This document shows positions 50,527-62,286 of a stretch of DNA of 64,000 nucleotides, piece by piece. The stretch lies in contig CM007991.1 in assembly GCA_002189035.1 (NCBI GenBank), forward strand, positions 2,170,001-2,234,000, given 5' to 3'. Numbering within the stretch: the stretch's first letter is position 1; every line of letters begins with the position of its first letter. A program made the position numbers and the translations under genes. The notes below the pieces were generated by a model. The model was not told the DNA's origin. It was given only the letters and a program-made list of their open reading frames with translations, and made no database searches. This DNA is from Utricularia gibba. Lineage: Eukaryota > Plantae > Magnoliophyta.

Positions 50527-53500
50527 TTCCTTCTTGATGGGGTAGTGAAGATACGGTTGACTCGATTTCAGGGTTCATCCGAAGCCCCAACAGTTGACGA
50601 ACTCTGTTGAAGTTTTTGGGGAAAAGGCTTTTGGTGAGTATATCTGCAACTTGGCCCTCTGATGGTATGTATTCCAGCTTTATAGAGCCTTCCTACACAT
50701 AATCCCTAAGCACATGATATTTAATCTTAATATGCTTGGTTCTCCCAAACATCACCGGGTTTTGAGCGATGCTAATTGCCGACTTATTGTCTATTTTCAG
50801 TCTGACTGGGCTGTTGATTTGGATTTTTAGGTCCCTGCAGAGCTTGATCAGCCATTGAGCATGGTTAGCGGCTGCGCACCCTGCTATATATTCCGCCTCT
50901 GCTGGGCTACAACGTCTTGCCTTCTGCTGTTCCAAGAGAACGTCGCCGAACCTAGATTAAACAGGTAACCTGTGGTAGATTTGCAGCTCGTTTCATCGCC
51001 AGCGAAGTTAGAGTCAACGAACCCCTACAGAGAGGGGTTAGTATGCTTTTTATAGTATAATCCCAAGTGAATTGTAGAATTTAAGTATTTAAGTATCTTT
51101 TTGGCTATTTCTAGGTGAGTTGATTGAGGTTTATGCATATATCTGGAGAGGAAAGAGACAGCATATGTGACGTCGGGTCTCGTGGCTGTGAGGTAAAGTA
51201 GAGAGCCGATAAGCTTCTGAAATTCATGCATATCTACTGGTTTTGCATCCTGGCTGTAGGCCCTCTGCCTCTCGTCTGGTGAGATGGGTACTGACACATG
51301 TTTTGTCTTCTCCATGTTCATTCTCTTCAACAGATCTTCTGTATATTTCTTCTGGTTTATAAAGATGTAGTCATCGCGTTGGAGGATTTCTATCCCTAGG
51401 AAGTACCGTGCGAAACCAAGGTCAGTTAATTCAAACCGATCCTGAAGTAATTTCTTCTGTTCGGTAATGAGGTCTTCATTGTCTCCGGTGATGAGTATGC
51501 CATCAACATAGATAGAGACGATCACCTTGCCTTTAGAATTGTCCAGAATGTATAGGGTGGTGTCATTTTTGCTCCGATTGTATCCTTGCTCGTGGAAAAA
51601 CCTGTCTATAGTAGAATACCACTCCTTGGGTGATTGTTTAAGCCCATAGAGTGTCTTATTTAGTTTCAGGACATAGTCAGGTTGATGCTCAATGAGAAAC
51701 CCAGGTGGCGGCTTTACATATATTTCCTCATTTAGCTCGCCGTTTAGGAAGGCACTTTTGATGTCTAGGTGGTGTAATTTCCAACTGTTGCAGGCTGACA
51801 GGGCTACGATGAGCTTTACGGTATCTAAACAGGCAACCGACGCAAATGTCTCGAGGTAGTCTATTCCAGCCTTTTGCAAATATCCTTTTACTACCAATCG
51901 AGCCTTAAGCTTGTTCAAGCTCCCATCTGGATTCAACTTGGCTTTGAATATCCATTTCAGGTCTAGAGGCTTGATCTTTGAGGGTCTCGGGACGGCTATC
52001 CAGACATCATGTTTTCGTATTGATTCGAGTTCAGCATTCATAGCCTGTCGCCATTCAGGGAACTTGAGAGCTTCATAGACTCCAATAGGCTCGTGGACCA
52101 GGAGACATCGATCATAGATGTCCTGAAGTGATCGGTACCCCCTTTTTGGGGCTTCATCTTCGCATTCACTGAGACAGGTGCTTAGATGGTGGGGAAGGTA
52201 TGGTAAGTCTTCACGACTTATACCATAGTTTTCTAGATAATTTGACCTTTCACTGATAGGGAGGAGTATAGGACTCCGGATGGCATATGATGGACACTGC
52301 GCCAGAGTAGGGTCATCAGGGTACTGATCGGCAACTTCTGCAGTGGCACCTGAATCTGAGTAAGTCTCTTCAGGTGTTTGGTTGGGTGAGAACTCTAGGT
52401 TGTCTTCTTCACCATTTAATACTGTTCTGAAATCATTGGAGTGTGCGCATATTTGGTTTGTATCTTCACAGTTGAGTTCATGAGTAGAGTCTTGAGACAA
52501 CGGGGTAGGTTCAGTTTCTGTCACATGTTGTTGCGTGCCTTGCAGGGGCAGACTCTGATTTTCTCGAGTGTGCATTCCTCCTGAAGTTATCAATCCGTGT
52601 GTTTGCAGGGAGCTGGACTCAAGCATAGAGGAAATTGCCTCTGATGAATCGAATTGGTGGACTGTATCCTGGCTTTGGGTGATCTGCTCCGGGATGACAG
52701 AATTGTAGTCTTCAAGATTAATCGATAGATTCATAGGAGGAAACAAGTGTTGAATTGTCCCGGAGTAGGTGGCTTGGTCCACAGGTGCTGTCAGGGTCTT
52801 ACTCCACTCATAGGTACTTTCGTCATCCATCATAACATCTCGACTAATTTCAACCTCTTGAGTCCATAGGTTTAGTACTCGAAAGGCCTTGCTAGTGTCT
52901 GCACAACCCAGGAATATTCCAGGTTTTGAACGCTTATCCCACTTTGTGCATTTCTCCTTTGGTATGTAGATGTAACATGGAGAACCAAAGACTTTAATAT
53001 GGTCTAGATTGGGAACCTTGTTGAACCAGAGTTCATAAGGGGATTTGCCGTCCTGAGTACCTTTTGTTGGGAGGCGGTTCAGTAAGTAAACCGCTGTGTT
53101 CACTGCCTCACCCAAAACTCTCTAGGTAAATTCTTTTGATACAAGAGGCATCTGGCCATGTTAACAATTGTTTGATTTTTCCGCTCGCATATTCCATTCT
53201 GCTCAGGTGTATATGAAGCAGTGAACTAGTGAGTTATGCCACCACTCTCACACAAGTTCTTTAACTCGGTTGACTTATACTCACCACCATTGTCTGATCG
53301 GAGAGTTAATATTTGCATCCACTTTGCGTTTCAGCCAGTGCCTTGAAGATCTTAAAATAGTTCAACACCTCAGCCTTGCGTTTCAGAAGATATACCCAGG
53401 TATACTTAGTGTATTCGTCAATGAAAGTCACATAGTATTTGTTCCCTGCTCGAGTAGGTGTAGACATAGGGCCACAGACGTCGCTGGTGACCACCTCCAG

Positions 53501-55060
53501 CTTGCGTTCAGAGTGGATGCTGACTTTGGGTAATGTTTTTCTATTCATCTTGCATTCAAGGCAAATTTGATAGTTTTCTTCTTTGCCATTCAGTTCTGGA
53601 ACTCCCTCAACAAGTCTTTTCTTCTTTAGAGACATCAGTGATCCATAATGATGATGACCGAGCCGCTGATGCCAAAGCTTTGAGTTTTCGATCACCTTGA
53701 GACAAATATCGCTGTTGGGATAAGAATCAGTGAGCACCAGGGGAAACACACGGTTGATCATCTGGGCAGTGAACAGTATGTTGTCATGGACATCTTTTAT
53801 AGTGCACATGTTACATTCTTGATGCACTTTGAAGCCTTTCTCTACCAGTTGACCCGTGCTTAGCAGGTTGTGAAATATAAGTGGGACCAAGTACACATCT
53901 GAGATCTTCACAAGCCTTTGCTCTGTTTCGATGCACACAGTTCCCACTCTAGTGACAGGTATCAACTTTCCGTCCGCAATCTCTATGAACTTATCAGATA
54001 GTGCTGATATACTGGAGAATATACTTTCATTGTGGGTTAGATGGTGATTGCAGCCACTATCAATGAGCCATATCTCGTGTTTTCGCATATCAGTGAATGA
54101 AGTGATTAGGGTATTTTGACACAAGGGGTAAAGATCTACTCTCTTCTTATTTTCCTCTGAAGCAAGTGATACATCATTCACTGATTTAGATAACTTATCA
54201 ACAGACTCAGCAGTCTTACCGCCCAGCTGGTGATACTTCTTCAAGGGGCAAACACGATCTACATGACCCTTAAGAGAGCAATAGCAGCGATTTGAGTCCG
54301 GGTTCCAATAACATTGTGCTGGTGAATGCCCCTTCCGTTTACAGTAAGTGCAAAGGGTTCCATCTCCGTTCTTCTCAGATTTAGCGATGACAAATGAGGG
54401 AGCTTGTGAGGTTTTAGCTGAGAGGTCCTTCCAGGGGAAACGGTTTTCATGAGCTTTGAAGGCCACTTCAGAGACTTCCGAATGAGATGGTTTGACCTCC
54501 ACTCCCTTCAGTCCTTGGAGGAGTTGCTTGGAACTCATGGAGTGGATGCGACCATCGAATTTAAATGGGGCCAGAGCATACTCAAACTGTGGAGGTACGA
54601 CGCTAATAATCTTTGCACATAGTCTACTGTCTTCGATTTTTTCCCCTAAGCGTTCAAGTCCAGAGACAACTTTTGTTAGTTCTTCAGAAAAACTAGAGAT
54701 TGACTGACCTGGGAGAATCTTGAGGGTCTCATACTGCTTCCACAGTTGAGATTTTTCAATTGCTGCAGTTTGTGTATCCTTCCCATATAATGATGCTAGT
54801 GTATCCCACGTATGTTTTGGTGTTGTACAGTTCATGATAAGATCATACGTGTCTCCTGTTATGGCACCATCGAGAATTGCCTGAGCTTGGTCTGCTTTTT
54901 CCTCCCATGCGACCTTGTCTTCATCTGTTTCACCCATATAGTTGGTTGAGACTACTTCCCACAATTTGCAGGCTCGCAGGTAGTGCATCATTTTGTTGGA
55001 CCAGCGCTCATATTCACTACCAGAGAAGTTAGGTGCAGGTTGATTGAAGTTGGAGCCCAT
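50213..55060 (-). pseudogene. Disrupted Gag-Pol polyprotein reading frame of the copia element
   Basis: ORF pieces 55060-53306, 53115-51025, 50935-50693 and 50590-50213. In-frame TAG at 53226-53228, 51025-51027 and 50693-50695. Frameshifts near 53311, 53113 and 50900. Confidence 0.92.
50527..50535 (-). other. Polypurine tract (AAGAAGGAA)
   Basis: Purine run on the minus strand immediately abutting the 3' LTR. Confidence 0.8.
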
Positions 55061-55151
55061 GATATCGACAAGTGTTCAAGCAAATGGAGGTTCCGGTGCA
55101 AGTTGACGGGTGATGTAGGTTCAAGTGCAAAAGATTTGGTGGAAAACACGC

Positions 55152-55169
55152 TTCATGTCGGGTTCACCA
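55152..55169 (-). other. Primer-binding site complementary to the 3' end of tRNA-Trp(CCA)
   Basis: The minus strand reads TGGTGAACCCGACATGAA directly after the 5' LTR. The plus strand TTCATGTCGGGTTCACCA matches the remembered plant tRNA-Trp 3' end TTCACGTCGGGTTCA-CCA at 17/18. Confidence 0.8.
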
Positions 55170-55592
55170 TGTTGAGAGCTCGAACAATGTTGATGAATTG
55201 AGGAGGACTTTGGAGAGTATTTTGGAAAGCTTGTGAACACGTTGTTGTGGGGTTTAGGGTTTAGTTGTAGAGAGTAAACTAGCCGTTGTCATGTCGTTTA
55301 GTTGCTGCCAGACATCTTCTCCATATGGCTTCTTGGGCAGGTCTTGTTTCACATGGGTCGTTGGGCTGGTCTGCAACATAGATGGGCTTCGACACTGGCT
55401 TCTTAACACTTCTGGACTCTTGAGTCAGGAACCTGGGGTCTATCTTATCTTCGGCCTCGTCTCCTTCACTCAGTAGGCGCTCCTCTTCCTATTCTCCTTT
55501 CTCTCGCGACATCATCAATCCATCTCGTAATTCATCGGCTTGGTACTCTGTAATCTTCGACCGCTTCTTTTCTTCTCCATCATTCACCAACA
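55170..55592 (-). repeat. 5' LTR of the copia element
   Basis: 423 bp, TG...CA ends; 7 transitions relative to the 3' LTR. Confidence 0.97.
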
Positions 55593-55757
55593 AACATCGG
55601 CGGGACAGCGCTTATTTTCACAATAAAAGGAAAACCTACACTCTCGGGATTTGGCAAGAAAGGAGTACCATCCGTGGAGGCGCGTGTGGACTGTGGAGAT
55701 CTACGGTGACAACATCCTCCGTCCTGGGCGGCCTTGCTCGCCCCAAAAATCCGCCCA

Positions 55758-55790
55758 AAACCCTAGCCGGATGCTTTATAGAATGGGCCA
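55758..55790 (-). promoter_or_regulatory. Ribosomal-protein-type promoter of the RPL31 copy (site II + TATA-like + telo-box)
   Basis: TGGGCC at 55784-55789, CTATAAAG (minus strand) at 55774-55781 and telo-box AAACCCTA at 55758-55765, just upstream of the RPL31 exon 1 remnant. Confidence 0.65.
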
Positions 55791-56284
55791 CAGCCCGCCA
55801 CTTAAACTTGTATTTAAAGATAAATGCAAATGTTTCCTCCGAAAACAAGCTGATGGATTTCACAATCCAACACAACTCATTGTTCCGGTTATTCTAAGCA
55901 ACAACTATTAGCATATAAAAGAAGTTAGCTGCTTTAAAATGATGAAATAAAACTAATCACATGATTAATAGACACACATTTTGTCATAAACCCTACAAAC
56001 CTGACCAATGACAGCCAAAAAACAGCTTCAATAATCTGAGGCACAAAAAAGCTACCACCACATCCCCAGTTGGGCACAGAGCATAAGAAGGCACACACAA
56101 CAGAGGCATATATTATTGCAAGAAGAAATGAACTCCATACACATCAACTACACCACCACGCCACAACGCACACAAATCCATATTCTGGATTTCAGCCATT
56201 GAGAGCAAAAGGGCAGCTGGCTGGCTACTCTCCTTAAGCTTTCAGAAAAGACCAACTTGGTTTTCAAGTTCAACAGGGGAGGCG

Positions 56285-56803
56285 TCAGATCTTGTCCAGT
56301 TTGTCTGCCTTCACGACTGGGTTGGCCTTGGCGATAGCTTCCTGGCCAGCAGAGCGATAATCGAAGGGGCATTCGTGTTTGTCGGAGTAACGATGAATGG
56401 AGCAGAAGATGCCACCACAGCGACAGTCGAAGCCTGTAAGGCCTACACGCTTCTTGCAGCAGCCACACCTTTTTGGACCTTCCTTCACTTTCTTTGCTTC
56501 TTCTGTAGGTGGCAAGGAGGAACAAGCCTGTGTCACAACCACTGGGGTGGTAGAAAGTGTCACAGTGGGTTCAGATTTTGTTGTTACAGAGATGCTCGAG
56601 TCCTTTTGGCAAGCACTGGATGTGCCATTGACAATGTTCTGAATGGATGAAGCAGCAAGTTTTGCCTGTTCCTGCTTCAACACAAGGTCCTTGTAGCATT
56701 TGGAGCACATGTTCATTGTTGCTGCGGTCCCAAAGAATCCACAGTTGTTGACACATAGGATAGGAGCCGGAGGAGCTTGGCAGCCAGTTTCATTTTGCTC
56801 CAT
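56285..56803 (-). CDS. SAP: A20/AN1 zinc-finger stress-associated protein, 172 aa, intronless CDS
   Basis: A20 finger [23 protein letters not shown]; AN1 finger [38 protein letters not shown]; ends [12 protein letters not shown]. Confidence 0.96.
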   Translation of the reverse strand: MEQNETGCQAPPAPILCVNNCGFFGTAATMNMCSKCYKDLVLKQEQAKLAASSIQNIVNGTSSACQKDSSISVTTKSEPTVTLSTTPVVVTQACSSLPPTEEAKKVKEGPKRCGCCKKRVGLTGFDCRCGGIFCSIHRYSDKHECPFDYRSAGQEAIAKANPVVKADKLDKI

Positions 56804-56942
56804 TGCCGTTGATTTCTGAAATAAAGTCACTATAGCCACCAGCATACAATGGAAACAACCACGTCACAGACCTAGCCACCCAACACTAAACACAAAGCAA
56901 TAAACACAACCTTCCACTTGAAAATCTTGAAACTAAGAGAAC

Positions 56943-57061
56943 ATGCTGTACAGGCTAAAAATTTGAAGTTGACCCATTTAAGAATTTCGTTGGATACCCA
57001 TTTAAGAATTTCTTAAAATGGGTCAAAGGGTAAATGCTGTACAGGCTGAAAACTTGAAATT
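56943..57061. repeat. Small composite repeat: 28-bp direct repeats flanking an 11-bp inverted repeat and an internal palindrome
   Basis: ATGCTGTACAGGCT(A/G)AAAA(T/C)TTGAA(G/A)TT at 56943 and 57034 (25/28). TTGACCCATTT...AAATGGGTCAA at 56969-57026. TTTAAGAA-T-TTCTTAAA at 57001-57017. Confidence 0.7.
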
Positions 57062-58095
57062 AATCGAAAAACGCCAAAAGGCATGTGCGCGAAATTCTCG
57101 GATAATGTCAACAGGGATAACAACTAAAGACGAAGAAGAAAAGCCATTCCTTCAACCTCAAGGCATCAACTTCAAAGGCTATCACACAGCAAACCTCAAC
57201 ATCTAACCAAAGCACTCTCTACCCTCGAACGAAAGATCCCCCTCCAAAAGCGCCAGATTAGGAAGCGGAAAAAAGTCCAATTGTCTCAAGAACAACCCTT
57301 TCACAAGCCATAACGAAATTAAATTGGAACCGCATACGGGGGGGATGAAAAGGAAGCAGCGAAACCCCGAGAAAAAAAATTTCCTAAACTTAAAAACATA
57401 CCCGCTCGTAATACAGTTGTCAGATATTCGGCTCCTGATCCCCTGTTAATCAACAGAAAAATGAATCACATAACACAAAAAAATAAAACACCAACAACAA
57501 CCGCCATATCCCCAAACAGCGAGGTACGAAGCGATCATCACCCGCAACACGATTCATAAGAGAAAACAAACTGAAAATATAAATATGAAGACAACAGGAA
57601 TCGGAGAAAGGCTTACGGAGGATGGAGAGAGAAACCCTAGAAGAGAACCGCAGGAAAAAAATTTGGGGGGGACGAATGAAGAAGATTTGAGAATGAGCTG
57701 GTTATCACGTGCGACGCGGCCCACCTGGGCCACATGAAAAAAAATTCTCCGATCGTCAATTAATTACACGAATATCTGAATTCGTTTATTTCCTTTATCG
57801 AGTTAATAAATTTATTTTATTATTCTGGAAATCAAAATTCAAACATTTTACAATTTTTAATTAATAAATTCAAAAATCTTAATCAGGTAATTTTCAATCA
57901 TTGGATGATAATTTATAATTATAGTAAAAGTGTTAAAAATGAAAAATATTTAAGAAAATTAAAAAAATAACAGTCAAGAATTATTTATTACGCATTAATT
58001 ATCTTATAACAAAAAAACGTAAAAAAAAAAAGAAAATTTATTCATGAATCGTCACCCTTACAACTGTACACATGAATGTGGATGGTCATCATCAT

Positions 58096-58272
58096 CTACA
58101 TGTACAGGGCGAAGAAGGAGGCGACGGCCGCTCCGACGAACGACAGGGGAGCAGGGAAGGCGGCGACCGGGGAGCTCGAAGGAGCGGGGGCCGGCGCCGC
58201 CTCTTCGGCAGCGAGGGCGGTCATGGCGGCAGCAGCAAATACGACGGCGATGGCGATCTTCTTCATCTCCAT
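58096..58272 (-). CDS. AGP23: Arabinogalactan peptide, AGP23-like (signal peptide, AP repeats, GPI-type hydrophobic tail), 58 aa
   Basis: [63 protein letters not shown] box CTATAAATAG lies upstream on the minus strand at about 58347-58356. Confidence 0.88.
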   Translation of the reverse strand: MEMKKIAIAVVFAAAAMTALAAEEAAPAPAPSSSPVAAFPAPLSFVGAAVASFFALYM

Positions 58273-59309
58273 GGTGGATGTATTCGTCACCTTATTGGAT
58301 CTTCGCGCTTGCTGCCTTGTGATCTGGTGGTGGCGTGGGGCGGAAGCTATTTATAGACTTGGCGTTGCCTATTTTTAGAATCCCATCATCTTCGCGGGAA
58401 TCGGCATCCTCTCCTATTTCGGGCACGCCCTAAAGAAAATATTAAAAAAATATAGAAGAATGGGAAAATAAATCTGTGATTTGGCCCAGAAAAGGGAGTG
58501 CAAGAGTTGCAGCATGTGGGGCACCTGCATGGCCACATTGTTCCTTTAAAGTGTAACATGGGACAATGTCCAATCTTTTTGTTCGTTCTTCTTTTAATTC
58601 ATATTTGAAAAAAACCCATATTTAGTGTGTGATAGAGGAAGCATTTGGATGCATCTAGACCCCTTTTTTTTGTTGCAGTCTTGGTGGAGAAGAAGGGGTA
58701 ACCAATGGTTTGGAAGGGGGGTAAAATATGGAGTAGGGGTGGGAGGGGGTGGCTTGAATGGTAGATGAAATGGCAACCACTACTCTTGAAGGCCATGGCA
58801 GAGAGATGGTTGATGGAGAGGGTGTACATCATGAAGTGGTAACACATGAGAAGTGTGGGTCTGGAAATGGGAGGACATTTGACCTGGAAACACGAAAGGG
58901 TTGTCGTCAAGTGTTAATGTGGGTGTTCTTTCTTCCTTCTATTTGCTTGGTGTGGAAGCCGATTCAGCCATCTTTTCTTCTTCCCCTCTCAAATGGGAAA
59001 GAATTGTATTTCGAGGAAGAATCCGGAGCCCCACTGAGGGAGGTGGGGAAAAAGAAAGGGCTGCCATTGTTTTATCCTTCCTGTCTTTTTCTTCTTCTGG
59101 GCACCCATTTGGTAGGGATAAGGTATATCTTCTTTATTATTATTATTTTTTGATTCTGGGCTGCAAGCAGCGGGGATGCGGATCGGAAAAATGTGTGCGT
59201 GTGGATGAATGCATACATGTGTAGATGTTTTGGGGAGAGTGGTAGTTGCAGAAAACATGCTTATCTGTTGTATATTTCTGGGAAGAGGAATTGATATTGG
59301 GTGAGGAGA

Positions 59310-62286
59310 ATGAGCAAATCTCTGAATGGGATCGTGAAGGCATGGGAGGCTAAACTGAAGAAATCACAGGCTGCTGCAAAGAGAAGGGCAAACAGCATAT
59401 TCACGGCAATGTCAGTAGCCCATGTAGATGATGAAGAGATACCTGAGGCGTTTCATGTTGAGAAAGTGTTCCCAAATGGAGATGTTTATACGGGTGACTG
59501 GGGAGGTAAGTTTCCTCATGGACATGGGAAGCATCTCTGGAAAGATGGGTGTATGTACGAGGGAGATTGGTATGGAGGGAGGCCAATGGGGAGGGGAAAG
59601 TTCAGTTGGCCATCAGGAGCAACATATGAGGGACAGTTCAAGAATGGCTACATGGATGGGGAGGGTGTGTACACAGGAACATCAGAGATGACCTACAAAG
59701 GAGCTTGGGTGTGCAACTTGAAGCATGGTAAGGGGGTGCAGAGTTATGCAAATGGAGATCAATATGAAGGGCATTGGCGCCAGGGGCTGCCTGATGGAAA
59801 GGGGAGGTATCAGTGGCAAGATGGGAATCAGTATATTGGACAATGGAGGCGGGGACGAATGAATGGCAATGGAATGATGTTGTGGTCGAATGGGAATCAA
59901 TATGATGGAGCTTGGGAGAATGGAGTTCCCAAGGGAAAGGGTACATTCAAGTGGGGAGATGGAAGTTTTTATGCAGGTGTTTGGAGTGAGGATCCTAGGG
60001 AGCAGAGTGGAACTTTTTATCCATCCAATTCTCAATCACTTACCCTTGATTGGGATCCAAAACAAGTGTACATAAGTTGCTGTGTAATCAGTACTAGTGA
60101 GGATGTATCCATTCTGCCATCACAAAAGAGTGTTCATTGGCAATGTGAGTTGAATAAGCAGCAATCATCAGGAAAGAAACACAGACAGAGAGATGTGAGG
60201 TTGAGGAGGTTATCCATAGATGGTGGTGGTGGAGTCACCACCAGCACTGGTTCAGAGTCTGACTTTAGCTATGATGGGAGTGTCGGAGATACGGGGTCAC
60301 AACGAGATGGAGATGCAAGCCTCAGAGCACAAGGATTAGATGCATCACAAGGATACCCGCACCCCCCTTATAATAAGATGATAAAGCCAACCAAGAAACA
60401 AGGGATAACAATCTCTAAGGGTCACAAAAATTATGAGCTTATGTTGAATTTGCAGCTTGGAATAAGGTATCTGCACCATAGGACTACATACCATGTCTTG
60501 ATTGATGCTTTTGATGGGCTCCATTCATAAACTGTCCAGTTTGTAACATGTTCTCTTGCTACTGATATATACTGCATACCAACCAGGCATTCAGTTGGAA
60601 GACCTGCTCCAGCAATATCCTTTGATCTGAAAGCATCAGATTTTGATCCCAAGGAGAAAATATGGACACGATTTCCTGCTGAGGGATCTAAACACACCCC
60701 ACCTCACCAATCCTGCGAGTTCAGGTGGAAGGATTACTCCCCAGTGGTTTTCAGGTGAGGTACTGTAATTTCACATTTCATAGTTGAAGTTCATTTTCCT
60801 TCTCACTGGATCCTTATTTCTGGTGCTGAAAAACAAAGCTTTCCCCTGTTGAAGTATTCATAGTGTTCCAGGTGATGGTTCCATTTCTGCTGAACTAAAT
60901 CTTTTAACAATGGTGATGCATTTGCTTTCAGGACACTCAGGAAGCTATTCAAGGTGGATCCAGCAGATTACATGATATCGATATGCGGAAATGATGCCCT
61001 TCGGGAGCTGTCATCTCCTGGAAAAAGTGGGAGCTTCTTCTACTTGACGAATGATGATAAATACATGATAAAAACCATGAAGAAAGCTGAAACAAAGGTA
61101 TGCTGAAAGCAAACACTTTGTGAGTATCTGATTGTAAGAATCAGCTCTGATTCTGATTCACCAGCAATGATACTAAAGTCTCCTTCCGCAGCAGGTGCTT
61201 ATACGAATGCTTTCTGCCTACTACAATCACGTGCGAGCCTTTGAAGATACATTGGTCACCAAGTTTTTTGGCCTTCACTGTGTGAAGCTGGCTGGTCCTG
61301 CTCAAAAGAAGGTAAGGCTCTATTCTGCTAACTCTGTTAGATTTGTAACTATACATGGATCGATGATTGAACTCAACTCACTTGAGGCATTTCTAAGCAG
61401 GTCCGTTTTGTGATCATGGGAAATCTCTTCTGCACTGAGTATGAGATTCATCGGCGTTTTGACCTGAAAGGCTCATCTCTTGGTCGTCTGACAGTAAAAC
61501 CTGAATCAGAGATCGAACAAACAACTACCCTCAAGGATCTGGATTTGAATTTCATCTTCCGGCTGCATGAGTTGTGGTTCCAGAAGTTCAGCAGGTAAAG
61601 AACCAACTTGAAAAAAAGGCCTCGTTGTTGGCAAACCACCTTCTCATCGAGCTTCAAACTTGAACCTGCAGCCAAGTTGATCGGGACTGTGAGTTCCTTG
61701 AACAGGAGAGAATTATGGATTACAGTCTCCTTGTTGGCATTCACTTCAGAGACATCTCTCCGGCCGGCGAGCCCCTGAACACCGAGGCTGCTTCTGCCGT
61801 CAGCGGTACATCAACGCCTCGCCTTCTTGGTTTTCTACATGGACTAACTTGACAACAACTTCCTACACAGGGAACACACCCCGAGCAGCCGCTTCCCTGC
61901 TATCCGCAACATTCTCTAATGGGTAACCAATTAACACAACTGCTACCCAAGCCACTCTTGCTTCCACAAACTAAACGTAAACGGGCCTTGACAGGGACGG
62001 ATCGGTCAACTTGGGTTCGAACCTCCCCGCTCGAGCAGAAGTAGCGATACGAAGAAACACGACCGGTGAGCCGCAGCTGGTGGGGGAGCCAACAGGGGAG
62101 TACTACGATGTCTTCCTTGTGTTCGGTATCATAGACATTCTTCAGGACTACGACATCGGCAAGAAGCTGGAGCACGCCTACAAGTCGTTCCAGCACGATC
62201 CTACGCTGATCTCCGCTGTAGATCCCAGGCAGTACTCGAGACGCTTCCGTGACTACATACTCAAGGTATTCGCACAAGACAACTGA
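59310..62286 (+). CDS. PIP5K: Phosphatidylinositol-4-phosphate 5-kinase with N-terminal MORN repeats (PIP5K4/5/6 group)
   Basis: MSK...KAWEA...[11 protein letters not shown]; tandem MORN repeats (YxGxWxxG); [19 protein letters not shown]; WKDYSP; [14 protein letters not shown]; DLKGS; MDYSLL; GIIDILQDY; [13 protein letters not shown]. Confidence 0.96.

Larger units (their letters stand above)
50104..55592 (-). mobile_element. Full-length Ty1/copia LTR retrotransposon (5489 bp), probably Ivana/Oryco-like, non-functional
   Basis: 423-bp LTRs with TG...CA ends; 5-bp TSD AACAT (50099-50103, 55593-55597); PBS and PPT present. Domain order is gag (double zinc knuckle), PR (WLIDSGC), IN (LWHQRLGH, SDVCGP, RSDNGGEY), RT (KARLVVKG, HLDIKSAFL, YVDG), RH. 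It carries three TAG stops and several frameshifts. Confidence 0.97.
49600..55725 (-). pseudogene. RPL31: 60S ribosomal protein L31 pseudogene: exon 1 about 55669-55725, exon 2 about 49600-49827, intron interrupted by the copia element
   Basis: Exon 1 gives EDVVT..VDLH..RLHGC with a frameshift and no ATG. GT donor at 55668 and AG acceptor at 49828. Exon 2 gives [16 protein letters not shown][deletion][34 protein letters not shown]...LFSLVTV. Confidence 0.85.

Noticed and set aside
55152-55169. tRNA gene at the tRNA-Trp-like sequence
   Set aside because: Only 18 nt match, it includes the post-transcriptionally added CCA, and it abuts an LTR. It is a primer-binding site, not a tRNA gene.
58594-59258. 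Several 60-130 aa ORFs between AGP23 and PIP5K
   Set aside because: Low-complexity promoter/UTR sequence, overlapping in multiple frames with no domain signal.
59470-59995. Periodic G-rich repeats resembling a tandem array
   Set aside because: They are the MORN repeat coding sequence of PIP5K, not a DNA repeat or CRISPR-like array.
60615-60630. ATATCCTT resembling a U12-type 5' splice site
   Set aside because: It lies inside a PIP5K coding exon (AISFD). No U12 intron is needed to keep the frame.
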